From: a virus | Lineage: Duplodnaviria > Caudoviricetes | Virus record (IMG/VR): IMGVR_UViG_3300024283_000010 | Coordinates: 11,910-75,909 of that record | Direction: 5' to 3' (one strand) | DNA length: 64,000 bases | Part shown: piece after piece, positions 8,136 through 18,703 of the stretch | Layout: each line of letters starts with the position of its first letter | How positions within the stretch are numbered: position 1 is the stretch's first letter | Made by a program: the position numbers and the translations under genes | The notes under the pieces: generated by a model | Databases searched by the model: none | Told to the model about the DNA's origin: nothing | Seen by the model: the letters and a program-made list of their open reading frames with translations, nothing else

Positions 8136-8190
8136 CTGAAAGGTTATAAAATTGCTGAATAAGTTCTAAGCCACCAGTCAATCTGCGGCT

Positions 8191-8709
8191 CTATACGTTT
8201 GGGTTTTGTGTCCCCTCTACGTGGGGCTTAATTATCAGATGATAAATATACTCCAAAGCCGCCTCAATCTTCTGCGCCTCGGTGCCTGGGCTGAACAATA
8301 GCGTCAATATCGTTACACCTGCTTTAGAAATGATACCCCAAACATTATGGTCATCCTCATGCTGTTTAAGATATGCCTGTAGTTTAGCAACGGCATCTTC
8401 CAAAGTAAGCGGTATTTCACCTTGTGCAAACTTTAGCTTATTAAGAAGAGTATCAATAAATCCGTGAACAACGTCGAGGCTTAAATCAGGAAATTTCAAT
8501 TTTAACAAGTCGATAATAACCTGAGGTGTTTGATCGATATTGTTGTTAACGATAGCGAAAAGCCCTGATGCCCATTGAGCGGCTTTCTTTTCATCTTCTG
8601 TCAGCATGTCGTAAATGTCTTCTCCACTTTTAATGATAGGCTTCATAAAGAGGCCTAGTTTGTTGAGTACGAATGATAGTACGCCCCAAATTGCAGTTAG
8701 TAATCCCAT
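8191..8709 (-). CDS. Hypothetical helical protein
   Basis: 172-aa ORF. Confidence 0.6.
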   Translation of the reverse strand: MGLLTAIWGVLSFVLNKLGLFMKPIIKSGEDIYDMLTEDEKKAAQWASGLFAIVNNNIDQTPQVIIDLLKLKFPDLSLDVVHGFIDTLLNKLKFAQGEIPLTLEDAVAKLQAYLKQHEDDHNVWGIISKAGVTILTLLFSPGTEAQKIEAALEYIYHLIIKPHVEGTQNPNV

Positions 8710-8742
8710 GATTTGATTGTTTAAATGTTTATGTAAAAGTAG

Positions 8743-9177
8743 TTAATTATTTTGTTTCAATTCAGTAAACCTAAATTCAGTCTGTAAGGCCAGCGGGATA
8801 AGAATATGAAGATTATGCATTAATGGCATCTCGTCAATCCCATCAAGTTTTAAAATAAATATCGCCTCTTCTTCACATGTTGATGCGTTCATGGCATAAT
8901 CATCAAACATTTTAAAGCAATAAACATTTGCCTGACCGCCCATAATGTCATCACCAAAACGCATAGTTGCAAAATGTGTCCAATCATCGGTATTTGTTTG
9001 AACCCCTGTTTCTTCGAAGAACTCTCTAACCATTGATTGCTGCGGATTTTCATCACCTTCCATTTTGCCCCCAACGCCGTTAAGCTTGTCTTTTTGCCAT
9101 TCTGGTTTTTGCTTTTCGATAAGCACGATATTTTCTTTGGCGAAATCGAATGCGAATCCAAGTACGTAATTTTTCAT
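8743..9177 (-). CDS. NUDIX hydrolase
   Basis: Nudix box GGKMEGDENPQQSMVREFFEETG. Confidence 0.9.
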   Translation of the reverse strand: MKNYVLGFAFDFAKENIVLIEKQKPEWQKDKLNGVGGKMEGDENPQQSMVREFFEETGVQTNTDDWTHFATMRFGDDIMGGQANVYCFKMFDDYAMNASTCEEEAIFILKLDGIDEMPLMHNLHILIPLALQTEFRFTELKQNN

Positions 9178-9470
9178 TGCTTGTTTTCTCCTTTCTTAGA
9201 TTGCTCCTTAACCGGATGCTTCTTAAGATACTGCACTTTAATTAGGCTGTCAATATGCATAACGGCCTTGTGAAGCTGATTGTATTGCGCTGTTGACACC
9301 TTATCGGAATTACCTGATACCTGATCAAGTTGGCTCATAAGGTTGTCGATGAGTATTGCATCTTGTTCGCTGAAGTGATACTTGTTTGTGTCGGGCTTGG
9401 TGGTTTGCGCTTTTAAAACCCCGGAAAACAGGGGAATTAAAATTAGGGCGGTAAGGATTGCTTTTTTCAT
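9174..9470 (-). CDS. Exported protein with signal peptide
   Basis: MKKAILTALILIPLFSGVLKAQ. Confidence 0.6.
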   Translation of the reverse strand: MKKAILTALILIPLFSGVLKAQTTKPDTNKYHFSEQDAILIDNLMSQLDQVSGNSDKVSTAQYNQLHKAVMHIDSLIKVQYLKKHPVKEQSKKGENKQ

Positions 9471-9796
9471 TTTGGTTGTTTAAATATAAAAGTTGAATCA
9501 TTAATAAACTTAACGTATTTGCGGTTGAATTTGACGGTTATGGTATCATTTTTAGGTGCGCTTATAGATAATATTTCGTCGGGTGTATTAAACCATATGA
9601 ACTTTGCCGGTTGCCAAGAAAGTGGGTGCACCGAAAAATCAATTAAACTTGTATCGGCAGTTGAAACAACCCTTCCAGATGTGAAGTTAGGCGTCATTGG
9701 AAATCTACCTACATGCAATGTTGTCGTATCTTGTTTCGTTTGCGCCCCCGCCGTCAGACAGGCGAGGAGGAGTAAGAGGGTGAATGAGTGTTTCAT
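9467..9796 (-). CDS. Exported protein with signal peptide
   Basis: MKHSFTLLLLLACLTAGAQ. Confidence 0.6.
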   Translation of the reverse strand: MKHSFTLLLLLACLTAGAQTKQDTTTLHVGRFPMTPNFTSGRVVSTADTSLIDFSVHPLSWQPAKFIWFNTPDEILSISAPKNDTITVKFNRKYVKFINDSTFIFKQPK

Positions 9797-9981
9797 AATC
9801 TATCGTTTAATAAATCATCAAAAGCCTTATATGAACGTGTAATTTCTTCCTGATCGTCCTTTATCCACTCTTTGTAAGTATTACACAGCCATTTTAAATG
9901 GTTTATGTACCATAATAGACAGGCAATTATCAGGATGTAAATTACGTGTATCATAATGATGCTTCTTTTATAAATACGCAA
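9793..9981 (-). CDS. Small N-anchored membrane protein
   Basis: IHVIYILIIACLLWYI followed by a helical tail. Confidence 0.45.
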   Translation of the reverse strand: MRIYKRSIIMIHVIYILIIACLLWYINHLKWLCNTYKEWIKDDQEEITRSYKAFDDLLNDRL

Positions 9982-10229
9982 CCTTTAATAAATTGAACTT
10001 CAACTACCTTGTATAAGTAAGGGATGAATTGTTTAATAATATCTTCGGTAGCTTCTATTCGCGTCACTTCTCGTTTTTCGCGATATTTAGAAGTTACTAT
10101 ATAAACAAATTCTCCGTTGAGGCTTTTGAGTGTTTCAACTTCGCCTATAATTGTAAATGGCCTATTGCCCGGTTTTCTATATTTCATAATATCGGTGTTG
10201 TTTTCATCTGTACAAATTATTTTTATCAA
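9951..10229 (-). CDS. Hypothetical protein
   Basis: 92-aa ORF in tight operon. Confidence 0.45.
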   Translation of the reverse strand: MIKIICTDENNTDIMKYRKPGNRPFTIIGEVETLKSLNGEFVYIVTSKYREKREVTRIEATEDIIKQFIPYLYKVVEVQFIKGCVFIKEASL

Positions 10230-10284
10230 TCGGTGTAAATATCCAAATTAGGATGAGGATGATGGCTAAGAGTTTTCTCATTTG

Positions 10285-10593
10285 TTACTTTTTAATGCGA
10301 ATCCATTGTCCGAATGTTAATGAACTATCTGAAGCTAGGTAATTTAAATACCTTTCCTTTGAGCGGTGATTCTTAGCTCTAAGTTTAGATACCGGTGTAA
10401 ATGTTTTCAAGTACTCTACTTTATAGGTAGGATGACAAGGCAATGACTCTTTCTTTTCGTCATCATGAAAGGTAACACCAATATAATTACCAATGTCTTT
10501 AGTTATGCTACCTTTTCTACCATTAACTATTACATCTCTGCCATAATCAGCAGGAACTTGGTAATATTGTTTTATATATTCGAAATCTTTCAT
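10285..10593 (-). CDS. Conserved-looking phage hypothetical protein
   Basis: EYIKQYYQVPA...G.I....GNYIGV.F...CHPT pattern recalled from prophage proteins. Confidence 0.55.
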   Translation of the reverse strand: MKDFEYIKQYYQVPADYGRDVIVNGRKGSITKDIGNYIGVTFHDDEKKESLPCHPTYKVEYLKTFTPVSKLRAKNHRSKERYLNYLASDSSLTFGQWIRIKK

Positions 10594-10597
10594 CTTT

Positions 10598-11227
10598 CTA
10601 CTTTTTAATGCTTTCTAACAACTCTTTGGCCGAATCTCGTTCCTCTTTGTATTCATCTTTGGTATAAACGTCATAAGTAGCTTCTAAACACTCGAGCAAC
10701 GCTTCCAGCGCCTTAGTCAACCTTTCTATGGTGGTGGATTGGGTGGAGGCGACAAAATCAGGATCATGAGCTATTCTAAACTTAGTGAACTCCACGCCAA
10801 GCCAAAATTTATCATAGTCGCCTATCACAGTTGTAAAGTGTCCATTAGGCTTATAATCTATGTTTTTCTCTTTCAAGAACCACCTGAAGCCATCTGAATT
10901 GTCGTGCACGTTTTGAAGTATTTCCTCTACCGTACCTGCTACTGGTGGGGATAAGGATTTTACACAGCTTATGATTTCATCCAATTCACAATCAACCAAA
11001 TCGGTTAGGCCATGTGTTTTTAATAGATCATATAGGGGCTGATAATTAGTTGCTTGATTTTCTGTTACTAGTGGGGACTCGCGGTCTTTAAATTGGCAAC
11101 CATACTCTTTAGCTATGGAAATAGCATCACTTTTTTGTATAGTGTAAATCTGGCGTCCCTTATCCCAAAAAGTTTCGGTTTGATTATCAAACATTTCTTC
11201 AGCGGTTTTTATTTGTTTCTTTTCCAT
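10598..11227 (-). CDS. Hypothetical (mosaic) phage protein
   Basis: 209-aa ORF. Confidence 0.55.
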   Translation of the reverse strand: MEKKQIKTAEEMFDNQTETFWDKGRQIYTIQKSDAISIAKEYGCQFKDRESPLVTENQATNYQPLYDLLKTHGLTDLVDCELDEIISCVKSLSPPVAGTVEEILQNVHDNSDGFRWFLKEKNIDYKPNGHFTTVIGDYDKFWLGVEFTKFRIAHDPDFVASTQSTTIERLTKALEALLECLEATYDVYTKDEYKEERDSAKELLESIKK

Positions 11228-11255
11228 GTTAGGGTAAACTTTATATAAACTTTCG

Positions 11256-12395
11256 TTAAAATAATTCTTGCTTCTTAGCCCCGGCTAATGCCGACAACTC
11301 CACAAGCTCACCGGCACGTTTCATGCCTGATTTCTTTATATTTATCGCTGCGTTGTGATCTCTTGATAAAGACAGCCCACATGCGCATTTATAATGTCTT
11401 TCTGATAATGGCATATCCTTTATGCCACCGCAATTAGAACAAGTCTTAGTACTTGCTTCAAATATGCCTATCTGAATAATATTCTTTCCTCTCCAATCAG
11501 CTTTATATTTAAGCATATTTACGAATGAACTCCAACTTGCTGAACTGATAGCCAATGCCAACTTATGGTTTTTAACCATTCCGCTAATGTTCAAATCTTC
11601 TAGGCAGATAGTATCATAATGATTGGTTATCTCATGCGATACAGTATGTAAGAAATGATAGCGGCTATTATTTATTTTTTCATACAATTTGGATAACTTA
11701 AGAATTGCGTTTTTTCTATTTTTACTGCCTTTTTTCTTTCTGCTCAATCTCCGATGAAGTACTTTTAATCGCTGTAACGATTGCTGAAGATGTTTAGGAT
11801 TTTCTATTTCTATACCATCGGAAAGTACGGCAAACGTTTTTAACCCTAGGTCTAAACCAATTGTAGTATCAATATTAACTGGCTTTTTTGCCACCGGTAA
11901 TGACGAATCGTCAACTATAAGCGAAGCAAAGTATTTATTAGTTTTGGATTTACTAACTACAACATGTCTAATGTCACCTGCTAAATTTCTGTGATTTACT
12001 ATCTTTATTCCCTCTCTGAATTTCTGTATAAAAAGAGTATTACCTTTTATGTTGCAGTTGTATCTTAAGCTAAATGATTGATTGGAATTCTTGTTTTTAA
12101 ATTTTGGGAACTTGCTTCTCCTGGCAAAAAAATTATTAAAGGCCAAATCGAGTGTTGACATAGACGCAGCCAGTGCATCATAACTTACCTCTTTTAACCA
12201 ATCGTGATCCTTTCTTAACTCTGTCATCTGTTTTTGCAGATCGTAGTTTGATAAATTAACGCGGTGGGTTTGGTATGCATATGATTTGGTTTCCAAAGCA
12301 AGATTATAGATAAACCTACAGCAATTCATATGTTTATCCATTAACGCCGTTTGGGCATCCGTAGGGTATAATCTGAATTTAAAAACTTTAATCAT
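11256..12395 (-). CDS. tnpB: IS200/IS605-family TnpB RNA-guided nuclease (solo, no tnpA)
   Basis: N-terminal FKFRLYPT HTH; RuvC GLDLG, CLEDL, RDHNAAINI intact; CSNC..CACG zinc finger. Confidence 0.93.
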   Translation of the reverse strand: MIKVFKFRLYPTDAQTALMDKHMNCCRFIYNLALETKSYAYQTHRVNLSNYDLQKQMTELRKDHDWLKEVSYDALAASMSTLDLAFNNFFARRSKFPKFKNKNSNQSFSLRYNCNIKGNTLFIQKFREGIKIVNHRNLAGDIRHVVVSKSKTNKYFASLIVDDSSLPVAKKPVNIDTTIGLDLGLKTFAVLSDGIEIENPKHLQQSLQRLKVLHRRLSRKKKGSKNRKNAILKLSKLYEKINNSRYHFLHTVSHEITNHYDTICLEDLNISGMVKNHKLALAISSASWSSFVNMLKYKADWRGKNIIQIGIFEASTKTCSNCGGIKDMPLSERHYKCACGLSLSRDHNAAINIKKSGMKRAGELVELSALAGAKKQELF

Positions 12396-12402
12396 TTTTC
12401 CT

Positions 12403-14998
12403 TTAAATGTTACTTTTTATTGGGTGGTTAAATAAATCAATTATTTGTTGTAGTCTTTTGATAGTAAGCCGGCCATCGTGGTCGAAATTATGAAGGCAAA
12501 CCAAATCTGTTACTTTATCGCCCTCTATAGCCTCTATAAATAGCACCTCATTTGGTGTACCGATACATCCTAAGCTAAGCAATCTATTTCTGCCAATATC
12601 CATAACATGGGAGTTCATAACAGTGAAATGAGGCATTTTAGAAAACCCCATCTTAATAGCGATTTCTTCTGTCACCCACTCTCCAAACTTCCCTTCCCCC
12701 TCTTTCTGCTTGACTATTGGTACCCAGATTTGGCGTTTTTTATACTTTGGATCAGTGCCGTCACTTACATTTACCCATTTCTTACTGAGTGGTAATTGCT
12801 CCTGCCATTGCAGATAAGCCATCACAGTTTCCCCTCGTTCGGTGTTGGCTATGGAGGGGCAGGGGTGCTCGGCTAAATTTTCCTTAGTATTCCAATCACG
12901 CCAATTCGTGTTAAAATAACCACCATCTATATATTGTTCATGTGGGTTGACGCGCTTTCCCATGTAGTTGCTTACTGTTATTGCTGTTGGTTGGTTCATG
13001 GCTTAATTATTTAAAAGTGAATATCCTTCGTTCCAACTGGCATCAAGTCTCCAACGCCAAAATTCATAAGGGGCACATCTAACGCCATCCTCAAGAACTA
13101 TTTTGCCGTTTTCCATAGTCATCCATTCCATGCTATCAAAATAACGATGGGTAACTTTTTGCCCGTCTTTCATGGCTTGTATTGCTTCTTCTTTGGTCAT
13201 GGGTTACTTACTTGCTGTTGGGGTTAATAATTCAATGAATTGATTAAACTTTTTATCGCTTAATGTGAAAAATGCAAGTTCGTCATCTATAAAGGCGTCA
13301 TATTGCCTTTTTGAGATGAACTTTTGTAATTTTGATGCAAACCCATAAAAGGGATGATCGATAATTCGTTTGCCTGAATCATCATATAACGTGTAACATA
13401 ATCCATTGCTACTTATTTCCAGCTTTTTCATAATTCTTTCTCCATTTTAACCCACCCGAACAAGAGCAGGTGATTAATCTTGTGCTTCTTTAGTACATTT
13501 TTCACAGACAGCATAACCGTCATCTTCAGAAACGGAATAAGCTGTATCGGGCAAAATATCACCACCACAGCTTTCACAAATTTGAATTTCTTCTTCTGTT
13601 TCCTTATCAACAACGGCCTGTAAGTCAAACGCGTCAGTCATATAGTCAACAACTGATAGGTTTTTAGCTTTTTCAATGGCTTCTTTAGCTGTTTCAGCAT
13701 CTACATCGTATGAGATGCGCTTTACTAACTCTACTGTGTACTTTTTCATTTCGCTTTAATTTTAACCCACCCAAAACCTATTAGGTCAGAGGGGGATAGG
13801 GTGATTGGTTTGTTGTCTTCGGATAGGTAGGTGAAGGGCGTAATAAAGCCGTTTAGCCGTAGATAATCAACAATACACAGCCGAACTTCTTTATAGTCAA
13901 AGGTGCTTAAATACCGCTTGTTTTCGCCTAATATTTCCTTCAATTCTTTGCCTTCAACCACATCCAAATGATCTTTTCTATATCCCCGCAAAACAGCTAT
14001 TTCAAGCAATTGTGTATCCGTTAGTTGATCTACTGACCTTAAATGAATTTGCAATCCATTGCACGTGATATTATGCCCATCTACAGGATAAATCTGTTTA
14101 TCCCAAAATGGATCAGCTTCCGAATCTTCGTACTTCAAAACTTCCTGTTTCCAATACAGTGCAAAGAATTGTGCTTTTAATTTATTGCTTGGTGTGTTCA
14201 TTGGGTTGGGGTTATTTAATGAATGATTCGATGTTTATTTTCTGTATCCTGTTAGCGTCTTCATATTCTAAGCCGTCCATACAGGCGTCACGAACCGCTT
14301 CACCCACTTGCCGGGCGTACCAGTTAGCATAATTCTGAATGTCACTTGCAAGTTTAACTTTGTCGCCTATCCAGTTAGTAGCGTTCTCGTGATACGATAT
14401 TGAAATCTTACGCGGTTCCTCACGTATTTTTGACATGGGTATTGGGGTGTAGTCGGGTTGGTTCATCTTTTTTGGTTTTATCCCCTGAGAGGGGGTTCTT
14501 CATCAGGGTTTGTAATAGTCAGCTTCACTTCAAGACCAGTTGATTGTTCAATCGCATTCTTAACGAGATTGGATGTATCAGCATTCACAATAAAGTGCTT
14601 CACATCGTCTTGTTTGACTACAATGGTGGCGCTTATGGATGGCCTGCTGAATAAACTATCTGGCAATACTAATCCCACGCCTATACACACTTCGTCAAAT
14701 TCTGTGTATTGTGGCCGCTTAGTGGCTTTTACTGTTCCTTTGCTGTTTACTGTTAGATAAAAATTTGTTTTCATTTTTCTCCCCCTTTTAATTATTGTTC
14801 ACTTTCGGTATCAGCCCAATCATAATGAGGCTCGCCGATAGTTTGTTCAAAGCCATCCCAATCACCTTTTGATTTCGGCTGATCGGTCCCCCTTTGTGAA
14901 ACCGCCTTATTCAAAGCATCTTCTTTTGACATTCCTGAATTATGCTCGTAAGCATAGGCGGCTCTTTGCTGTCCGCGTGTTGGATTTTTGTGTGACAT
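12403..14998 (-). CDS. Block of small early hypothetical genes (12403-12999, 13003-13200, 13204-13431, 13474-13749, 13746-14201, 14212-14466, 14478-14774, 14792-14998)
   Basis: Tightly packed, co-oriented ORFs typical of a phage early region. Confidence 0.6.
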
Positions 14999-15038
14999 AA
15001 TTGGTTTTTAATTATTGTTACCTATTGATAGGGTGTGG

Positions 15039-15521
15039 TTATTTGATCCGTTGACAATTTTCAGGCTGTTCACAGTACTCCAATTCCCAAAGTATATTTT
15101 CACTTGGAGAAAACTTTTCAATTAGATCGGGCCTATCAGTGGCGTATAAGCCAATAGTTGTATTGAGATTATACTGCATGTTACGGTAGTGCTTGCAAAC
15201 ATCTGTTAATGATGCTTTTTGCACCCAATAATCAACTTCTTCATATCTAAAAAACCCTTTAAAAAGACGTACATAACAGGCCGGTACCGAAACTTCATCA
15301 GCGTTAAATAATTCCATGGCTACCTGTAAGCCAACATCTTTGTAGATATATCGCTTCAGGTTATTGAACTGTATTAATACGCATTTAAGCGACTGGGAAT
15401 AACCTAACATCATTATATTAGTTGATTCGATTATTTTTAAATCATATGATGCCAAATTGCTATCGGCAAAATATAGTTCTCCATTTATTTGGATTAAAAT
15501 ATCATTCCATGTTGTCTTCAT
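15039..15521 (-). CDS. KTSC-domain protein
   Basis: STNIMMLGYSQSLKCVLIQFNNLKRYIYKDV matches KTSC pattern. Confidence 0.7.
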   Translation of the reverse strand: MKTTWNDILIQINGELYFADSNLASYDLKIIESTNIMMLGYSQSLKCVLIQFNNLKRYIYKDVGLQVAMELFNADEVSVPACYVRLFKGFFRYEEVDYWVQKASLTDVCKHYRNMQYNLNTTIGLYATDRPDLIEKFSPSENILWELEYCEQPENCQRIK

Positions 15522-15567
15522 ATCTTTGGTGTTTTACTGTTTTATATTGATTAGGGGGTTAAAAAAC

Positions 15568-15786
15568 TTATTGGAAAAGTACACTATGATGCTCTTTAAG
15601 AAGCTGGCACAAATTATTTGCTTGTTCGGAGTCAAATTCGATCTGATATGAATAATCTCCCGGTTTACCAATAGCAACAACCTTGTCTGATTCAATTATC
15701 AAACGCCCATTTTCTTTATTAATAACAGCAATGATTTTAGGCGAGTTTTCATTTACACTTTGCAGTAATCTTTTTATTGTTTTCAT
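15568..15786 (-). CDS. Hypothetical protein
   Basis: 72-aa ORF. Confidence 0.45.
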   Translation of the reverse strand: MKTIKRLLQSVNENSPKIIAVINKENGRLIIESDKVVAIGKPGDYSYQIEFDSEQANNLCQLLKEHHSVLFQ

Positions 15787-15864
15787 ACTTTTTAATTTAT
15801 TAAGTGATTAATCTTTTTCATAATCTTAAGTTTAGTTTCTATTAATACCCCGGCTGTAGTTCAG

Positions 15865-16230
15865 CTACCAGTAAATCTTTTTGTCAATACTATCCTGTCT
15901 CGCTGCGTACAACTTCCACAATTTTTGATACAATCGATAGCATTCGTTAGCCATACGCCTGTACTTTTCATCATCTGTTTTGTAGTACATGGCGGCATAG
16001 ATGTAGTATTGTTTGTCTACGCTATCAGCTTTCATTCCGATTGATATTCTTCGAATTGATAAATCAGTCCAAAGTTTTAAGGTATCAACATCCGGTATCC
16101 TGCTATGCTCAATGATAAACGTTGTTGTGTCTACATCACTTGCCTGCCGCTTACTTTTCTCACATCCAATCCCCAAAATTATCAAAATGGCGAGGAGGCA
16201 GGCGGTTTCTGCTTGTGAAAATTTTCTCAT
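15865..16230 (-). CDS. Putative lipoprotein
   Basis: Lipobox-like LAILIILGIGC. Confidence 0.5.
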   Translation of the reverse strand: MRKFSQAETACLLAILIILGIGCEKSKRQASDVDTTTFIIEHSRIPDVDTLKLWTDLSIRRISIGMKADSVDKQYYIYAAMYYKTDDEKYRRMANECYRLYQKLWKLYAARQDSIDKKIYW

Positions 16231-16430
16231 GGTTTACGTCTCCTTATTTTAGCCAATGCGTTTCTCAAATATTTATTTTTAATTTCTTTTGATAAAACAT
16301 CCATAAGATCGCGTAAATCACTTAACATTTCTTCGCCAATCCCAGATTCGTCACCGTCAGTATTTGACGAAACGAAATCGATAGCCTCACTAACTGCATG
16401 AATACCTTTAGACAGGTCTTTAATTTTCAT
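16227..16430 (-). CDS. Hypothetical protein
   Basis: 67-aa ORF overlapping neighbour by ATGA. Confidence 0.45.
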   Translation of the reverse strand: MKIKDLSKGIHAVSEAIDFVSSNTDGDESGIGEEMLSDLRDLMDVLSKEIKNKYLRNALAKIRRRKP

Positions 16431-16450
16431 TCTCTTTCCTTTTTTAATGG

Positions 16451-16678
16451 TTACGCGGAACGGGTTAAATCCTTAATTGGCTTGTTCAGGCGTTTTGATA
16501 TAAGCGTCAAAACATCTATGCCAATGAGACGAGGCTTGTTATCGCGCAGGTATCTATACATTGTACCCTCGGTTGTGTTCAGCAATTTTTGAATGTCAAT
16601 GAATAAATCCTTGTTATCTTTAATAGCCTCTATTGTTTCGTTTGATAATTCCATAATACAAATATCTTTTACTGCCAA
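16451..16678 (-). CDS. Cro-like HTH protein
   Basis: IQKLLNTTEGTMYRYLR helix-turn-helix pattern. Confidence 0.6.
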   Translation of the reverse strand: MAVKDICIMELSNETIEAIKDNKDLFIDIQKLLNTTEGTMYRYLRDNKPRLIGIDVLTLISKRLNKPIKDLTRSA

Positions 16679-16725
16679 AGCCCCATTTAAGGGGCCATAG
16701 ACAAGTGAGTGCAGAGCTTTCAGAA

Positions 16726-17604
16726 CTACACATCAATGCCTGTAATGTCTTTAAATATATCCTTGTCGAAGTTTGGAAGTTTCTGGAATGACTCTTTAGC
16801 TGCATCGCTCCAATTATTCCAAGCATTTTGAAACGCTTCTTTATATGGTAAATTTTTTATATAACCACCAGTCGTAACGTAGTATGGGTACATTACCTTT
16901 TCTTCATCTGACATTTTATAATCAGGAATAAAAATAGTAGTATCTATTTGTGATAAATACTTATAAGCATCTGAATTAATAAAATCTTCATAAGTCCAAT
17001 CAGAAGGCTTATTAAATAGCATGTAATTTGGTGTAACCAAATTATTAAAAGCCCCGGCGTTGTCGTTCCCGGCGTTGCTGTACCCGGCGTTTCTGTTCCC
17101 GGCGTTGTAGTTCCCGGCGTTGTAGTTCCCGGCGTTGCTGTACCCGGCGTTTCTGTTCCCGGCGTTGTCGTTCCCGGCGTTGCTGTACCCGGCGTTGTCG
17201 TTCCCGGCGTTGCTGTACCCGGCGTTTCTGTTCCCGGCGTTGTCGTTCCCGGCGTTGTAGTTCCCGGCGTTTCGAATGCCTGAATTACCTTTTCCTAAAT
17301 TGCATAATTCAAGAACTTCAAGCCATGATAATTCTCTTATTAATTCTATGGCATTGGTGCAAGATTTATTATCTTGCGTTACTGGCGTCCCGTGATCTAT
17401 AATTTCAAACACCCGATTTGAGGTATTAAAATCATAATAACTGAAACAGTCAACGCATTCTACACAGTAATGAAATCCTGAATTGCAAGGCGAAACAACG
17501 CCAGTGTGTTTAAATATTTTATTAAGTTCATATTGGTACGAACGACATTGCATGTTAGAATCGGTTACCTTGTAACCTTTAATTTGTACTTTTTCTTTTT
17601 TCAT
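16726..17604 (-). CDS. Phage pentapeptide-repeat (NAGxx) protein
   Basis: N-terminal GYKVTD..MQCR..YE...CNSGFHYC domain, 15 NAGxx repeats, C-terminal LPNFDKDIFKDITGI; start set at MKKEK. Confidence 0.8.
   Translation of the reverse strand: MKKEKVQIKGYKVTDSNMQCRSYQYELNKIFKHTGVVSPCNSGFHYCVECVDCFSYYDFNTSNRVFEIIDHGTPVTQDNKSCTNAIELIRELSWLEVLELCNLGKGNSGIRNAGNYNAGNDNAGNRNAGYSNAGNDNAGYSNAGNDNAGNRNAGYSNAGNYNAGNYNAGNRNAGYSNAGNDNAGAFNNLVTPNYMLFNKPSDWTYEDFINSDAYKYLSQIDTTIFIPDYKMSDEEKVMYPYYVTTGGYIKNLPYKEAFQNAWNNWSDAAKESFQKLPNFDKDIFKDITGIDV
17053..17271 (-). repeat. 15-nt coding tandem repeat, 15 copies of the core
   Basis: Invariant AACGCCGGG core plus 6-nt variants encoding NAGNY, NAGND, NAGNR, NAGYS. 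Confidence 0.95.
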
Positions 17605-17772
17605 GTTTTTGAAAGCTTTTAAATAAAATTGATATGCAATGTTACGAACTATATTTATTATATGCAAATTTATTTTGAGAAATATTTTCACTTTTATTTC
17701 CTAATATCAAAACTTATCCCCAACTTTGTTCCCACACCCCGAAAGATTGGAGGGGGGGGGGAAAGAAAAAAT

Positions 17773-17982
17773 ATGGCAAACAAATATTCAAAAACCCCAT
17801 GCAATATCAAAATGAAGCTAATGTCAAAAGATATTAATATTGAAAAGGTTTGTACTAACCTATGGGATGTTTACATTTTCGAAAGAGATATACCAACAAA
17901 GCACGGTTTGCAGTTTTCAGGTAAGCCTTATATAATAGGCAAAATATATTTGGATGCTATTGCTAATACTGGAGGATATTAA
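17773..17982 (+). CDS. Hypothetical protein
   Basis: ATG after A-rich leader; 5' extension in ORF track crosses a divergent promoter region. Confidence 0.4.
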   Translation: MANKYSKTPCNIKMKLMSKDINIEKVCTNLWDVYIFERDIPTKHGLQFSGKPYIIGKIYLDAIANTGGY

Positions 17983-18120
17983 ATCATGGATAGTATACAA
18001 TGCCCGACCTGTTTTGGAACTGGCTATATAAGAAAGTCATCCAATAGGGTAATTACATGTTATTCATGCAATGGAAGCAAAAGAGTTGTAGTTATTAATC
18101 GCCCTAAAAAATAAACAATT

Positions 18121-18333
18121 ATGAATAGATGCGAAGATTGCGGATGTGCTGTTTATAACGGACATTGCGTAAATTGTCACGAAGAAACATTTATTGCCGA
18201 ACAACATTTTGAATTAGGCACATGGAATGCTTGCAGCGAAGAATTTAAAAATAAGGTTGCTGAGCAATCCAACCATCCTACAAACATTGAATTGCCTAAA
18301 AGACAAGATGATTTATTTAATCCATTATCCTAA
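18121..18333 (+). CDS. Small Zn-finger protein
   Basis: CEDCG..NGHCVNC. Confidence 0.5.
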   Translation: MNRCEDCGCAVYNGHCVNCHEETFIAEQHFELGTWNACSEEFKNKVAEQSNHPTNIELPKRQDDLFNPLS

Positions 18334-18381
18334 CACCCCCTTTCACCCCCGGTCAGCAAGTGAGGGGAAAATTAAAGAGAT

Positions 18382-18654
18382 ATGACACATATACACATAA
18401 GCCGAATGGGCGAAAAAGAGTTGGTAAACGAGAAATGGGTAATGTATCTAAACGAAAAATTAATTGCCGTAATAGATTCTTATACTTATTTAACAAGACC
18501 TTCAAAGCGTCACGGTTGGAAAATTGAAAAACAGTATGAACGAATATTTGGCAGGAATAGCACTATTAAAATACACGATGTGCCTTTTGATGAAAATGTT
18601 ATATCGGAAGTTAAGGCTAAAATAATCGACTTAATTCAAATAAAAGCATCATGA
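18382..18654 (+). CDS. Hypothetical protein
   Basis: 90-aa ORF. Confidence 0.5.
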   Translation: MTHIHISRMGEKELVNEKWVMYLNEKLIAVIDSYTYLTRPSKRHGWKIEKQYERIFGRNSTIKIHDVPFDENVISEVKAKIIDLIQIKAS

Positions 18655-18703
18655 ACCTCCCCACCCTCCAACAACTTGAATCAGGCTTAAATCTGTAAGT
18701 AAT

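Noticed and set aside
12905-12925. 10-nt match (GTTAAAATAA) to the putative TnpB guide, also near 46745
   Set aside because: Short AT-rich matches with different flanks; expected by chance in this genome.
13003-13200. Tad2/DUF2829-like anti-Thoeris protein
   Set aside because: Only the N-terminal EAI.AMK.G.KV pattern resembles it; too weak to call without a profile search.
17053-17271. 15-nt repeat as a second guide array
   Set aside because: It is in frame within a recognisable pentapeptide-repeat protein and has only four variants.
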